A DNA stretch of 45,380 bases. It comes from a virus. Its lineage: Duplodnaviria > Caudoviricetes. Made by a program: the position numbers and the translations under genes. Below, piece after piece: positions 34,850 through 42,136 of this stretch. Location: IMG/VR virus record IMGVR_UViG_3300037834_000026, positions 1 through 45,380 of that record, one strand, 5' to 3'. Each line of letters opens with the position of its first letter. Position 1 is the stretch's first letter. Below the pieces are notes generated by a model that did no database searches, had not been told where the DNA came from, and saw only the letters and a list, made by a program, of their open reading frames with translations.

Positions 34850-35146
34850 TCAATCATCGCCGTAGTGATCGCAGACGTACTCCATGATCTCTTCCAGCGT
34901 CGGCCGCGTGACTGTCTCCCGGTTGACGTGGTAGCACATCACCAGGCAGCGGAATTGCTCGGCTGCGCGGTCCCACCAGACGATGCCGCAGAAGTTCCAC
35001 CCGCTGTATTGCATGGCGATTTCTTCGGTCTTCAACCTCGCCTCCAGGCACTTGTCGATGGAATGGTCGAAGTTGGTCATGACGGACTCGTCGATGAACG
35101 GGTACGGCGGTTCGATGATGACATTCGCGCTGTTATTGCTCGTCAT
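34850..35146 (-). CDS. Hypothetical protein
   Basis: 98 aa in operon context. Confidence 0.7.
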   Translation of the reverse strand: MTSNNSANVIIEPPYPFIDESVMTNFDHSIDKCLEARLKTEEIAMQYSGWNFCGIVWWDRAAEQFRCLVMCYHVNRETVTRPTLEEIMEYVCDHYGDD

Positions 35147-35399
35147 TGGGGGTGGGGAAGGTTAAATCCTCGACTTGCTGGGCGAGAAAAAGAGACAGAA
35201 TGAAAACGATGCCGATGTTTCCAATCGCCAGGATTAAGCCCATCGGTCGATGCGCGATAATCCAGTCATTTAACGCGGTTGTAAAAGTGCCGAGAAGCAT
35301 CCCGTAAAACGTGAAGAGAAGCGCCCAGAGAAACGCCAGTCGGTCCAGCTTTTCCCGCAACTCCTGGTCATGGGCCGGTTCTGATGCGGCGGTGTTCAT
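35133..35399 (-). CDS. Two-TM membrane protein
   Basis: LAFLWALLFTFYGMLLG and LILAIGNIGIVFILSLFL; locally AT-richer. Confidence 0.65.
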   Translation of the reverse strand: MNTAASEPAHDQELREKLDRLAFLWALLFTFYGMLLGTFTTALNDWIIAHRPMGLILAIGNIGIVFILSLFLAQQVEDLTFPTPNDEQ

Positions 35400-35731
35400 G
35401 CAGCGACGCGGTTTACGAGGCCAAGGGCAACGTTGACATCCATCCAGAAAGCGACGTTTCCGTTCTCGGCGTCCATCCAATTGCATGCCATCTTCCACTC
35501 GCCATCTTCGCGGACGAGGATGCCCTGCTCTCGGATGCGCGCAATGATCTCGCGGATGCGCGGGCGCGACAGGGACACGAGCGGTGCCAGCTGCCGGAGG
35601 GTCGGCAGGTAGCCGGTGCCAACGGCCAGCAGGATCACGGCGACCTGGAAGGCTACGTCCTCTTCGCTCAACTTCGGATCAAGGTCGTGGGCCAGTGCTT
35701 TGACTTCTTCCGGGGTGAGGTTGGCGCTCAT
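35396..35731 (-). CDS. Possible winged-helix protein
   Basis: LRQLAPLVSLSRPRIREIIARIREQGIL. Confidence 0.6.
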   Translation of the reverse strand: MSANLTPEEVKALAHDLDPKLSEEDVAFQVAVILLAVGTGYLPTLRQLAPLVSLSRPRIREIIARIREQGILVREDGEWKMACNWMDAENGNVAFWMDVNVALGLVNRVAA

Positions 35732-35790
35732 AACGTGAGGAGTGAAAGGATGGGTCCGCCGATGCAGAGGGCGTAGAAGATGGTGGTCAT
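35728..35790 (-). CDS. 20-aa hydrophobic peptide
   Basis: MTTIFYALCIGGPILSLLTL; ATGA overlaps at both ends. Confidence 0.5.
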   Translation of the reverse strand: MTTIFYALCIGGPILSLLTL

Positions 35791-35942
35791 TTGGCTTTTG
35801 GAGAAGGCGGCGGACAGCGGAGCCAGTGGCGCCATAAACCGGTGTTTGTCTTGATGCCGTTTTCCTTCCGGCGCTTGGCGGCCAGGGCGCGGTCCTCGTC
35901 GTCCATGTAGATGGTGGTGGGCTTGGGGTTCTGTAACGTCAT
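35787..35942 (-). CDS. 51-aa ribbon-helix-helix-like regulator (not in ORF track)
   Basis: MTLQNPKPTTIYMDDEDRALAAKRRKENGIKTNTGLWRHWL...; ATG 6 nt after TATCCT. Confidence 0.65.
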   Translation of the reverse strand: MTLQNPKPTTIYMDDEDRALAAKRRKENGIKTNTGLWRHWLRCPPPSPKAK

Positions 35943-35948
35943 GGCCAA

Positions 35949-36017
35949 AGGATACATGAGCTAGTGCAAGATGCAATAGACAAACCTATTGCATTATGAT
36001 GTTACCCGTGCTACTAT
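35949..36017. promoter_or_regulatory. Divergent promoter pair/genetic switch
   Basis: Rightward TTGCAT-N17-TACTAT (35989-36017); leftward TTGCAT-N16-TATCCT (35976-35949); inverted repeat ATGCAATAG-N6-CTATTGCAT. Confidence 0.75.
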
Positions 36018-36044
36018 GTTCACGTCACTTCCCCACACATCTCT

Positions 36045-36461
36045 ATGGCTCTCAAGCCACTCACCCCGGAAGAACTCGCCACCGAAGAGGCGCGCATCCA
36101 GGCCTACGAAGACCAGGGCATGACGCGCAGCGATGCGCAGGGACGCGTCGAAGCCGAAGACAGGTTCCCGGAGGACAAGACCACAGCACCGGCGCACACT
36201 CCTGGACCGTGGAAAGCCCTCAACTGGATGGTGTACGACGGAAACGACAAGCCGATCTGCGAATGCAAAGGCAAGGTGGTCGGGGCTGGCCTCTCCGCTC
36301 CCGACCACAATGCCAACCGCATCGTCGCCTGCGTGAACGCCTGCGAGGGGTTGAACCCGGAGGCCGTGAAGGAAATGTACGAAATGCTCCGCGTCCTGAA
36401 CGAACGCCTGGATGATCCCGAAATTGACGCCCTGCTCGCCAAAGCCGAAGGCCGTTCCTGA
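36045..36461 (+). CDS. Phage early protein
   Basis: HTPGPW and ANRIVACVNACEG motifs common in phage early genes. Confidence 0.75.
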   Translation: MALKPLTPEELATEEARIQAYEDQGMTRSDAQGRVEAEDRFPEDKTTAPAHTPGPWKALNWMVYDGNDKPICECKGKVVGAGLSAPDHNANRIVACVNACEGLNPEAVKEMYEMLRVLNERLDDPEIDALLAKAEGRS

Positions 36462-36485
36462 TTCATTTCATCCTTCCTTCCTATC

Positions 36486-36899
36486 ATGGCCACCGCCAAC
36501 CCCACAGCACCGGCACGACTCGCCATCTTCGTCGCCACGAAGCAGACCCAGGGCAAACGCCGTTCGGATTTCTGCTGGTGCGAAGAGGACGAGCCGGTTC
36601 ACTTCTCGTCCCAGTGCGACGGCAACGACACCATCGACGGCGGTTGCGGGTGCCAGCGGTCCATGTCCGGTATGACCACGCTCAAGGCAACGACGACGGT
36701 TCGCGTGAAGGAATCGGACATGACCCGTGAGCAGTACATTCAGATGCTCGTGGACAGCTACAAGAAGGGAGGCTGGGGCGGCCTCATTCCATCTACTGAA
36801 ATCCACGCGGAAGCGGATGAACTACTCCGCCTCGCCGCTGCTTTCCCCGTTGGGACCGTTATCGAGAAACGCGGCGACGAATTGCGACAGCGAGCCTAG
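36486..36899 (+). CDS. Cys-rich uncharacterised protein
   Basis: VATKQTQG..SDFCW.EE.E...DGGCGC.RS.SG....ATTT. Confidence 0.75.
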   Translation: MATANPTAPARLAIFVATKQTQGKRRSDFCWCEEDEPVHFSSQCDGNDTIDGGCGCQRSMSGMTTLKATTTVRVKESDMTREQYIQMLVDSYKKGGWGGLIPSTEIHAEADELLRLAAAFPVGTVIEKRGDELRQRA

Positions 36900-36905
36900 C
36901 GTTGT

Positions 36906-36944
36906 GCGGCTCGTTGGAGCCGCCCCTGGTGGGCTTACTCACCA
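36906..36944 (+). repeat. Two-hairpin intergenic motif, copy 1
   Basis: GCGGCTC/GAGCCGC then TGGTGGG-CTTA-CTCACCA. Confidence 0.6.
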
Positions 36945-36971
36945 CTGCTCTATCACAGCAAAGGCAACCAA

Positions 36972-37145
36972 ACGAGGATCGGAAGCTGGCGTGGTATCAA
37001 CGCGGGACCGCTAATGCAATCCCGCACATCGGGACGCCGAGCCACACATGGCAGGTGCGTACGCCCGGTTCGCAACCGGAAACGCCTAGCGCACGAAGTG
37101 GGCAGGGGGAAAGTATGCCCCCTGCCGCCAGCTTCCGGTCCTCGT
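36972..37145 (+). ncRNA. Putative multibranched structured RNA
   Basis: 20-bp closing stem (one U.G) enclosing at least five internal stems. Confidence 0.65.
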
Positions 37146-37161
37146 CTTATCCAATACCAAC

Positions 37162-37248
37162 ATGCCTCCCATGTACTACTTCGAACCCCAGGAAGTCCGT
37201 CTCACGACGTTCTCCGGCAACGTGATCGTCCTGCCCCTCCGATGGTAG
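37162..37248 (+). CDS. 28-aa peptide
   Basis: MPPMYYFEPQEVRLTTFSGNVIVLPLRW; overlaps next start. Confidence 0.4.
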   Translation: MPPMYYFEPQEVRLTTFSGNVIVLPLRW

Positions 37249-37337
37249 CCGCGATCATCGCCCTCATCATCGGCCTCTGCATCATCATCGATCTCGTCCG
37301 GCACCTGCTGGACGGCACTTCCATCTTCCTCCCATGA
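37242..37337 (+). CDS. 31-aa hydrophobic peptide
   Basis: MVAAIIALIIGLCIIIDLVRHLLDGTSIFLP; ATGA-coupled to next gene. Confidence 0.6.
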   Translation: MVAAIIALIIGLCIIIDLVRHLLDGTSIFLP

Positions 37338-38110
37338 CACACAACACCTTCACCATCGGCCGCCCGCGCCGGCCCCTGTTCCACTTCGTCCCCGCCGCAG
37401 AGAACGCGGCACCCGCTCGCCGCTCCGTCGGCACGGTCCTGCACGGAAAGTTTCTGGATTGGCTGGCCGCTTCCGACATCCGCAAGCTGGCAACCCGCTC
37501 CGCCATGATCCTCCTGCTGGCCGGGCTCGTCGGCAGCACCCAGTTCACGCTCGGCCTGCTCACCGCCGCCGCCAAGTGGAACGGCTACCGCATCCCGCTC
37601 TTCCTCGCGCTGCTCGCTCTGACGTTGAACGCCAAGACCATTTTCCTGGCATCAAGAAAATGGTCGCTCAGACGCCGGGGTGCCAATCAGCACACGTACC
37701 AGGGGCTCCCCGTGGACGAACTGGCGAGCTACCTGCTGGAGACGCGCGCCTTCACCCGCGACGCCGCGTGCCTCAAGTTCGCCATTTCCTGGAAGAAGCA
37801 CCAGCGCATCGCCGACGAACTCATGCACCACCAAGTGCTGGTCCGTGGCCCGGTGAACAACGCCCGCGTCCTCAACGAGAAGATCACCCGCGAGCAACTT
37901 GTCCGCCAGCTGCGCGAGAACTTCCCGCTCGCCTTCGCGGACGGGGAGTGGGTGGAGAGGCGCGGCAGCTACCACCTCTTTCTGCGGGACAAGGAACGCG
38001 CCGAGCAGAAGGAGCGCGAGCGCGTGGAACGCCTGGAGCGCCGGGCCGACCGGGCGGAACGAAAGCTCACCCGGACGACTGGCCTTCAAAGGCTGTTCGC
38101 GCAGACGTAG
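37334..38110 (+). CDS. Two-TM protein with FtsK-gamma-like winged helix and coiled coil
   Basis: Two hydrophobic helices; FAISWKKHQRIADELMHHQVLVRGPVNNARVL; KERERVERLERR tail. Confidence 0.65.
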   Translation: MTHNTFTIGRPRRPLFHFVPAAENAAPARRSVGTVLHGKFLDWLAASDIRKLATRSAMILLLAGLVGSTQFTLGLLTAAAKWNGYRIPLFLALLALTLNAKTIFLASRKWSLRRRGANQHTYQGLPVDELASYLLETRAFTRDAACLKFAISWKKHQRIADELMHHQVLVRGPVNNARVLNEKITREQLVRQLRENFPLAFADGEWVERRGSYHLFLRDKERAEQKERERVERLERRADRAERKLTRTTGLQRLFAQT

Positions 38111-38206
38111 CCGGTTGCAACGGCCGGAAAACCGGGGTTAAGCGGGGTTGCAACCGCCCGAGCAAACCGATGGCAAAACACACCGCTTATCCGCTTCCCG
38201 TGTCCC

Positions 38207-38626
38207 ATGCTGCAATTCTTCCCGATAGGCCTGACCTTCGCCGCGAGCATCGCGTTCGCGGACCAACCGCCGCCGGTTCCGCCGCGCACGCTCACCGTGA
38301 CCACAACGAGTTATAATCCCGAGCCCGGCCAGACGGACCACGCCCCGTGCATCGGCGCCTCCGGCCGCGACTTGTGCCTGGCCGCCCGCGAGGGCGACCG
38401 GACCATCGCGCTCTCCCGCGACCTGCTTGCGTACTACGGGCTGGGCGGGCGCTACCGCTGGCACGACAAGGTACGCCTCCGCTCCGCCGCGCCGGGCTGC
38501 AACGGCGTGTTCTCCGTCGAAGACACCATGAACGTCCGGTTCAGCCGCCGGGCTGACATCTTCTCCGCCGACCGCGCCCAGAATGTCGGCCGGTGCATTG
38601 CCACCGTGGAACCATTCGGGCAATAA
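38207..38626 (+). CDS. Secreted 3D-domain (MltA/RlpA-like) protein
   Basis: Signal peptide; TTTSYN...QTD..PCIGASG, IALSRDL, VEDTMN.RF..RADIF. Confidence 0.8.
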   Translation: MLQFFPIGLTFAASIAFADQPPPVPPRTLTVTTTSYNPEPGQTDHAPCIGASGRDLCLAAREGDRTIALSRDLLAYYGLGGRYRWHDKVRLRSAAPGCNGVFSVEDTMNVRFSRRADIFSADRAQNVGRCIATVEPFGQ

Positions 38627-38655
38627 TTCCCTTACTTCCTTTTCTTTTTCATCCC

Positions 38656-39036
38656 ATGCAAAAGTCATACATCGTCCCGTACTCGCTGGCCGCCGCCGCC
38701 CTCGCCATCGCGGGCCTGCTCCTGCTCACTGCGCAGAAGGCATCCGCCGCCGACTTCTCCAACGTCATCGGCGTCGATGCCGAACTGCGCATCGTGGAGC
38801 GCGTCACGGACAAGACCATTTTCCAGGACATCCGCCGCGTGCAGTCCTACCGCGTCACCGAAGTCAATGGCTCCGGCGCGCTGGTCACTCGCACGGAGAC
38901 GAACGAGTCCGCCGTGATCGCCAACAGCGACGTGGTAATCGACATCTGCCAGAAGGTGCAGCAACTCCTTGGTCTTTCCACCGAGGGCTGCGGGGTCAAA
39001 TCCGCTGGCCGCACCCGCCAGCCGAACGAGCGTTAA
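38656..39036 (+). CDS. Secreted hypothetical protein
   Basis: Signal peptide ...LAIAGLLLLTAQKASA. Confidence 0.7.
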   Translation: MQKSYIVPYSLAAAALAIAGLLLLTAQKASAADFSNVIGVDAELRIVERVTDKTIFQDIRRVQSYRVTEVNGSGALVTRTETNESAVIANSDVVIDICQKVQQLLGLSTEGCGVKSAGRTRQPNER

Positions 39037-39056
39037 TCCGCCGCGCACCGCGCGAG

Positions 39057-39083
39057 AGGCCCATCCGAACGGTGGGCCTTTTT
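39057..39083 (+). terminator. Intrinsic terminator
   Basis: AGGCCCATC-CGAAC-GGTGGGCCT-TTTT. Confidence 0.8.
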
Positions 39084-39195
39084 CGTGCAGAGAGCGGCAC
39101 CGAAGCTGCCCAAGACAGCGCGTCGGTGCCGCGTCAATTGCTTTGCGGATTCAGCCGTGCTAACAATGCTCGCCGTCCTTTCTCCTTCACCATCC

Positions 39196-39390
39196 ATGCC
39201 AGCACAAGTCAGCGATCAAATCCCACTGGACGAGTGGGCAGACTCCAAGAACGTCCCGCAGCGCACGGCGAACGGCTGGGCCAAGAGCGGCAAGATCAAG
39301 GCCAGAATGCAGACCGCGCTTGTGACCGTAACTGTCACCAGGAAGGTGCGGAAATACTTCGTGAACAAGAGCGAACCACTCCCGCAATAA
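39196..39390 (+). CDS. Small MerR/Xis-like HTH protein
   Basis: LDEWADSKNVPQRTANGWAKSGKIKA. Confidence 0.7.
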   Translation: MPAQVSDQIPLDEWADSKNVPQRTANGWAKSGKIKARMQTALVTVTVTRKVRKYFVNKSEPLPQ

Positions 39391-39405
39391 GTCAACGACT
39401 TCTTC

Positions 39406-39434
39406 TTGCGCGTTCAGCCACGCTGATATAGCAT
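39406..39434 (+). promoter_or_regulatory. Promoter containing a palindromic operator (leaderless)
   Basis: TTGCGC-N17-TAGCAT, ATG 6 nt later; TCAGC-CAC-GCTGA in spacer. Confidence 0.65.
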
Positions 39435-39440
39435 ACAGCC

Positions 39441-39632
39441 ATGCTTTCCACTGCCACCCCCGCCGTCACGAATCCTTGCCCGTGCTGCCTCGAAGAAGGA
39501 CACGAAATCCAGCTGCACCGCGTGACCGAAAACCCGGAAGGATACGGCGTCGTTCCCTTCTTCTACTGCGAACGCTGCGAGTACATGACGGACGAGGACA
39601 GCGGGCAGCCGGAAGTAGACGAACACAAATAG
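39441..39632 (+). CDS. Small Zn-ribbon protein
   Basis: CPCC...CERC. Confidence 0.7.
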   Translation: MLSTATPAVTNPCPCCLEEGHEIQLHRVTENPEGYGVVPFFYCERCEYMTDEDSGQPEVDEHK

Positions 39633-39661
39633 CACTTTCTTATTTCCATCCATCCCTTTCC

Positions 39662-40102
39662 ATGCTCCTCTCCGAAGCCCTCGCAGACCTCAAAGCCAGC
39701 TACCTCGCCGTTCAGAGTGAGAACGTCCAACGCCAGGCCATCATGGAAACGCCGGAGTACAAGGCGCTCAAAGAGAAGATGGACGCTATGCTCGCCGTCG
39801 TTCCTGACAGTTCCGATGAATACGCCGCCGACCTGGCCGCCACGCTCAAGTTCATGAACGAGAACGGGATTCACAAGGCCGAAGGATTCGTGGTCAAGAC
39901 CCGGGCCACCCGAAGCGTCGATGTCCTGGCCGTACTCCGCGCGATGGGCGGCGACATCGACAACCTCATGCTCGTTACGAACGTCACGCAGAAGAGCCTG
40001 GAGAAATTCATCAAAGACAACCCCGGCTACAAGGCCGACCTGCGCGCCTGCATTAAGGACGAGGGCGTTAAGGTTGTCGATGTCGCGCCACAAACCGTTT
40101 AG
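39662..40102 (+). CDS. Hypothetical protein
   Basis: Pyrimidine-rich leader; 146 aa. Confidence 0.7.
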   Translation: MLLSEALADLKASYLAVQSENVQRQAIMETPEYKALKEKMDAMLAVVPDSSDEYAADLAATLKFMNENGIHKAEGFVVKTRATRSVDVLAVLRAMGGDIDNLMLVTNVTQKSLEKFIKDNPGYKADLRACIKDEGVKVVDVAPQTV

Positions 40103-40128
40103 CTTTTATTTCCATTCTCCCCACGACG

Positions 40129-40359
40129 ATGAAAACTCAATCCGCCTGGGCCACCATCAGCGGCAAAGTGTACGTCTCGCAGGACGAAATTGACGACCTG
40201 CTCGCCGCCGGTGAAGACGAGGCCGGAAACAAGATCACGACGGAGCAAGACGCATTTAAACACCTGGCTGAGGCCAAGTTGTTCGCCCTGTTCCCGACCG
40301 ACGACCCGTTCAAGCACAACGAAACCGTGATCGACATGACTTCGCTGCGAACCAGCTAG
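40129..40359 (+). CDS. Hypothetical protein
   Basis: Pyrimidine-rich leader; 76 aa. Confidence 0.7.
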   Translation: MKTQSAWATISGKVYVSQDEIDDLLAAGEDEAGNKITTEQDAFKHLAEAKLFALFPTDDPFKHNETVIDMTSLRTS

Positions 40360-40370
40360 AGCCCAGCGGG

Positions 40371-40417
40371 TGCGGCCCGTGTCGTGGGGCCGGGCCGCAG
40401 CCGGTGCGCTTTGCACT
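40371..40417 (+). repeat. Two-hairpin intergenic motif, copy 2
   Basis: TGCGGCCCG/CGGGCCGCA then GGTGCG-CTT-TGCACT. Confidence 0.55.
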
Positions 40418-40438
40418 CATTCATTCCCAATTCACTCC

Positions 40439-40654
40439 ATGCCGACGTTCACCGTCCACCGCAAGGAATCCGTTGTCTCCGCCGCCGAGATCGAAGCCCG
40501 CGACGAGGCCCACGCGCTGCAAATCGCGCGCGCCCTTGAGGGCACCGAGAACCAGCCGAAGTACGCGGAGCAGTCGCGGTCGTCGCCGCGCCTGTCGATC
40601 CCCGGCTACTCGCCGCGCAAGGGCGACAAGCCCGACGATTCGGAGCAAGCCTAG
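40439..40654 (+). CDS. Hypothetical protein
   Basis: MPTFTV...EIEARDEAHALQIA. Confidence 0.7.
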   Translation: MPTFTVHRKESVVSAAEIEARDEAHALQIARALEGTENQPKYAEQSRSSPRLSIPGYSPRKGDKPDDSEQA

Positions 40655-40660
40655 CGGTGA

Positions 40661-40699
40661 GCCGCATGCCCCGCGTGCGGCCCCCGGTGGGCTTCCACC
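40661..40699 (+). repeat. Two-hairpin intergenic motif, copy 3
   Basis: GCCGCATGC/GCGTGCGGC then GGTGG-GCTT-CCACC. Confidence 0.6.
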
Positions 40700-40729
40700 A
40701 ATTTTTTACCCCATTCTCCCATTCTTACC

Positions 40730-41644
40730 ATGACTACCGCAGTCGCTACCAAGGAGGAGACGGCCCTGGCCGGACTCTCCGAAGACGAACAGGCGGCCCT
40801 CAAGGCCGACCGCGAAAAGCTGGGCGGCAAGTTCCCGTCCATCCCCATGATCCGCCTGGCGAACAAGGACATGGAACAGGCGCCCGAAGGCGAGTACTTC
40901 ATTGAGAAGCGCCTCGGCGACCAAGTGGAAATCACTCCCATCGGCAAAGACCCCGTCATCACCATCCTGTACCGCACGTTCACGTACAGCTACTACACGC
41001 CGGAACTGGGCCTGGTGGCCTGGACCAGCGACATCCACGGATTCACCGACTTGGATGACGTGGTGCTGTACAAGAAGGTCAACGGCCAGGTGGTCATCGA
41101 CTTCGAAGGCGTGTACCCGGCGCTCAAGAGGCACATGGAGGCCAAGTACAAGCAGAACGATCCCGTCACCGGCAAGGCCAAGAAGCTGCTCAAGTTCAAG
41201 ACCGTGCTGTACGTGAACTACAACGGCGGCATCTACAAGATGTTCGTCTCCAACGCCTCGTCGGCCGGCGTCGATCACGACGGGAACCCCAGCTTCGACA
41301 AGGCGCAGCCGAACTCGCTACAGGCCGTCATGGACGGCTACCGCAAGCAGAAGCGGGTGAGTTACGAGTTCTCCGTGATGCTCGGTTCCAAGCTGGTGAA
41401 GGGCGAGAAAAAGCCGTTCTACATCATGACCTTCGCGTCGCTGGCTCAACTGGACTCCGGCATGCTCCGGCAGTCCATGAAGCTGTCCCACGAAGTGCAG
41501 AAAACCATCGTCATGATCGATGACGCCCGCAAGGCGTGGAACAAGCGGGAGCAGGACAGTGAGTCGGAACCGATTCATGTTGAAGCGGATGTAGATAACG
41601 ACGAATACCTGTCCAAGATCAAGCCGGAAGATTTGCCCTTCTAG
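40730..41644 (+). CDS. Putative ssDNA-binding/annealing protein
   Basis: 304 aa with acidic tail ending EDLPF (SSB-like); early-region position. Confidence 0.6.
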   Translation: MTTAVATKEETALAGLSEDEQAALKADREKLGGKFPSIPMIRLANKDMEQAPEGEYFIEKRLGDQVEITPIGKDPVITILYRTFTYSYYTPELGLVAWTSDIHGFTDLDDVVLYKKVNGQVVIDFEGVYPALKRHMEAKYKQNDPVTGKAKKLLKFKTVLYVNYNGGIYKMFVSNASSAGVDHDGNPSFDKAQPNSLQAVMDGYRKQKRVSYEFSVMLGSKLVKGEKKPFYIMTFASLAQLDSGMLRQSMKLSHEVQKTIVMIDDARKAWNKREQDSESEPIHVEADVDNDEYLSKIKPEDLPF

Positions 41645-41646
41645 CC

Positions 41647-41850
41647 ATGCCAGCCACCCGCTCACCTTCGGCGCCGATCTGCCCGAACTGCTCCGTTCAA
41701 ATGGTGCTTCGGCGCCGGAAGGTAGACGGGCATCCGTTCTACGGGTGCCCCAAGTTTCCCCGGTGCAGCGAAACCGCGCCGCACGAGGACGACGACCTGG
41801 CCGAAACCGTCACTCCGTATGACCGTCCCGATTCCGATTACGACGACTGA
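41647..41850 (+). CDS. Topoisomerase-type C4 zinc-finger protein
   Basis: CPNC..MVLR......FYGC.KFPRC. Confidence 0.8.
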   Translation: MPATRSPSAPICPNCSVQMVLRRRKVDGHPFYGCPKFPRCSETAPHEDDDLAETVTPYDRPDSDYDD

Positions 41851-41852
41851 CC

Positions 41853-42134
41853 ATGGCTTTCGGTGAGCCCATCCGCCGGGCCGTCGTCGTGATCGACCCG
41901 ATCACCAAGGAGAAGCTGCGCCAGTGCGAACGTCCGGGCTGCGGGAAGATGCACGACAAGGTGAAAGAACCGCTGTGCAAGGAGTGCCGCAAGAACGCCG
42001 TTTGCTCCCGCCGCGACGACGGCCACTGCCCGCTATCCTGGACGATCTACCCCTGCCCGGACGGCACCGTGTACGCCAAGTGCGGCGACTGTCAGAAGCA
42101 GTACGTCCACACCTATCCGCCTTCCCGAAGCTGA
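41853..42134 (+). CDS. Cys-rich Zn-binding protein
   Basis: CERPGC, CKEC, CGDC. Confidence 0.7.
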   Translation: MAFGEPIRRAVVVIDPITKEKLRQCERPGCGKMHDKVKEPLCKECRKNAVCSRRDDGHCPLSWTIYPCPDGTVYAKCGDCQKQYVHTYPPSRS

Positions 42135-42136
42135 CC

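Noticed and set aside
36972-37145. Retron msr-msd or tRNA
   Set aside because: No reverse transcriptase in the window; no T-loop/anticodon/CCA geometry
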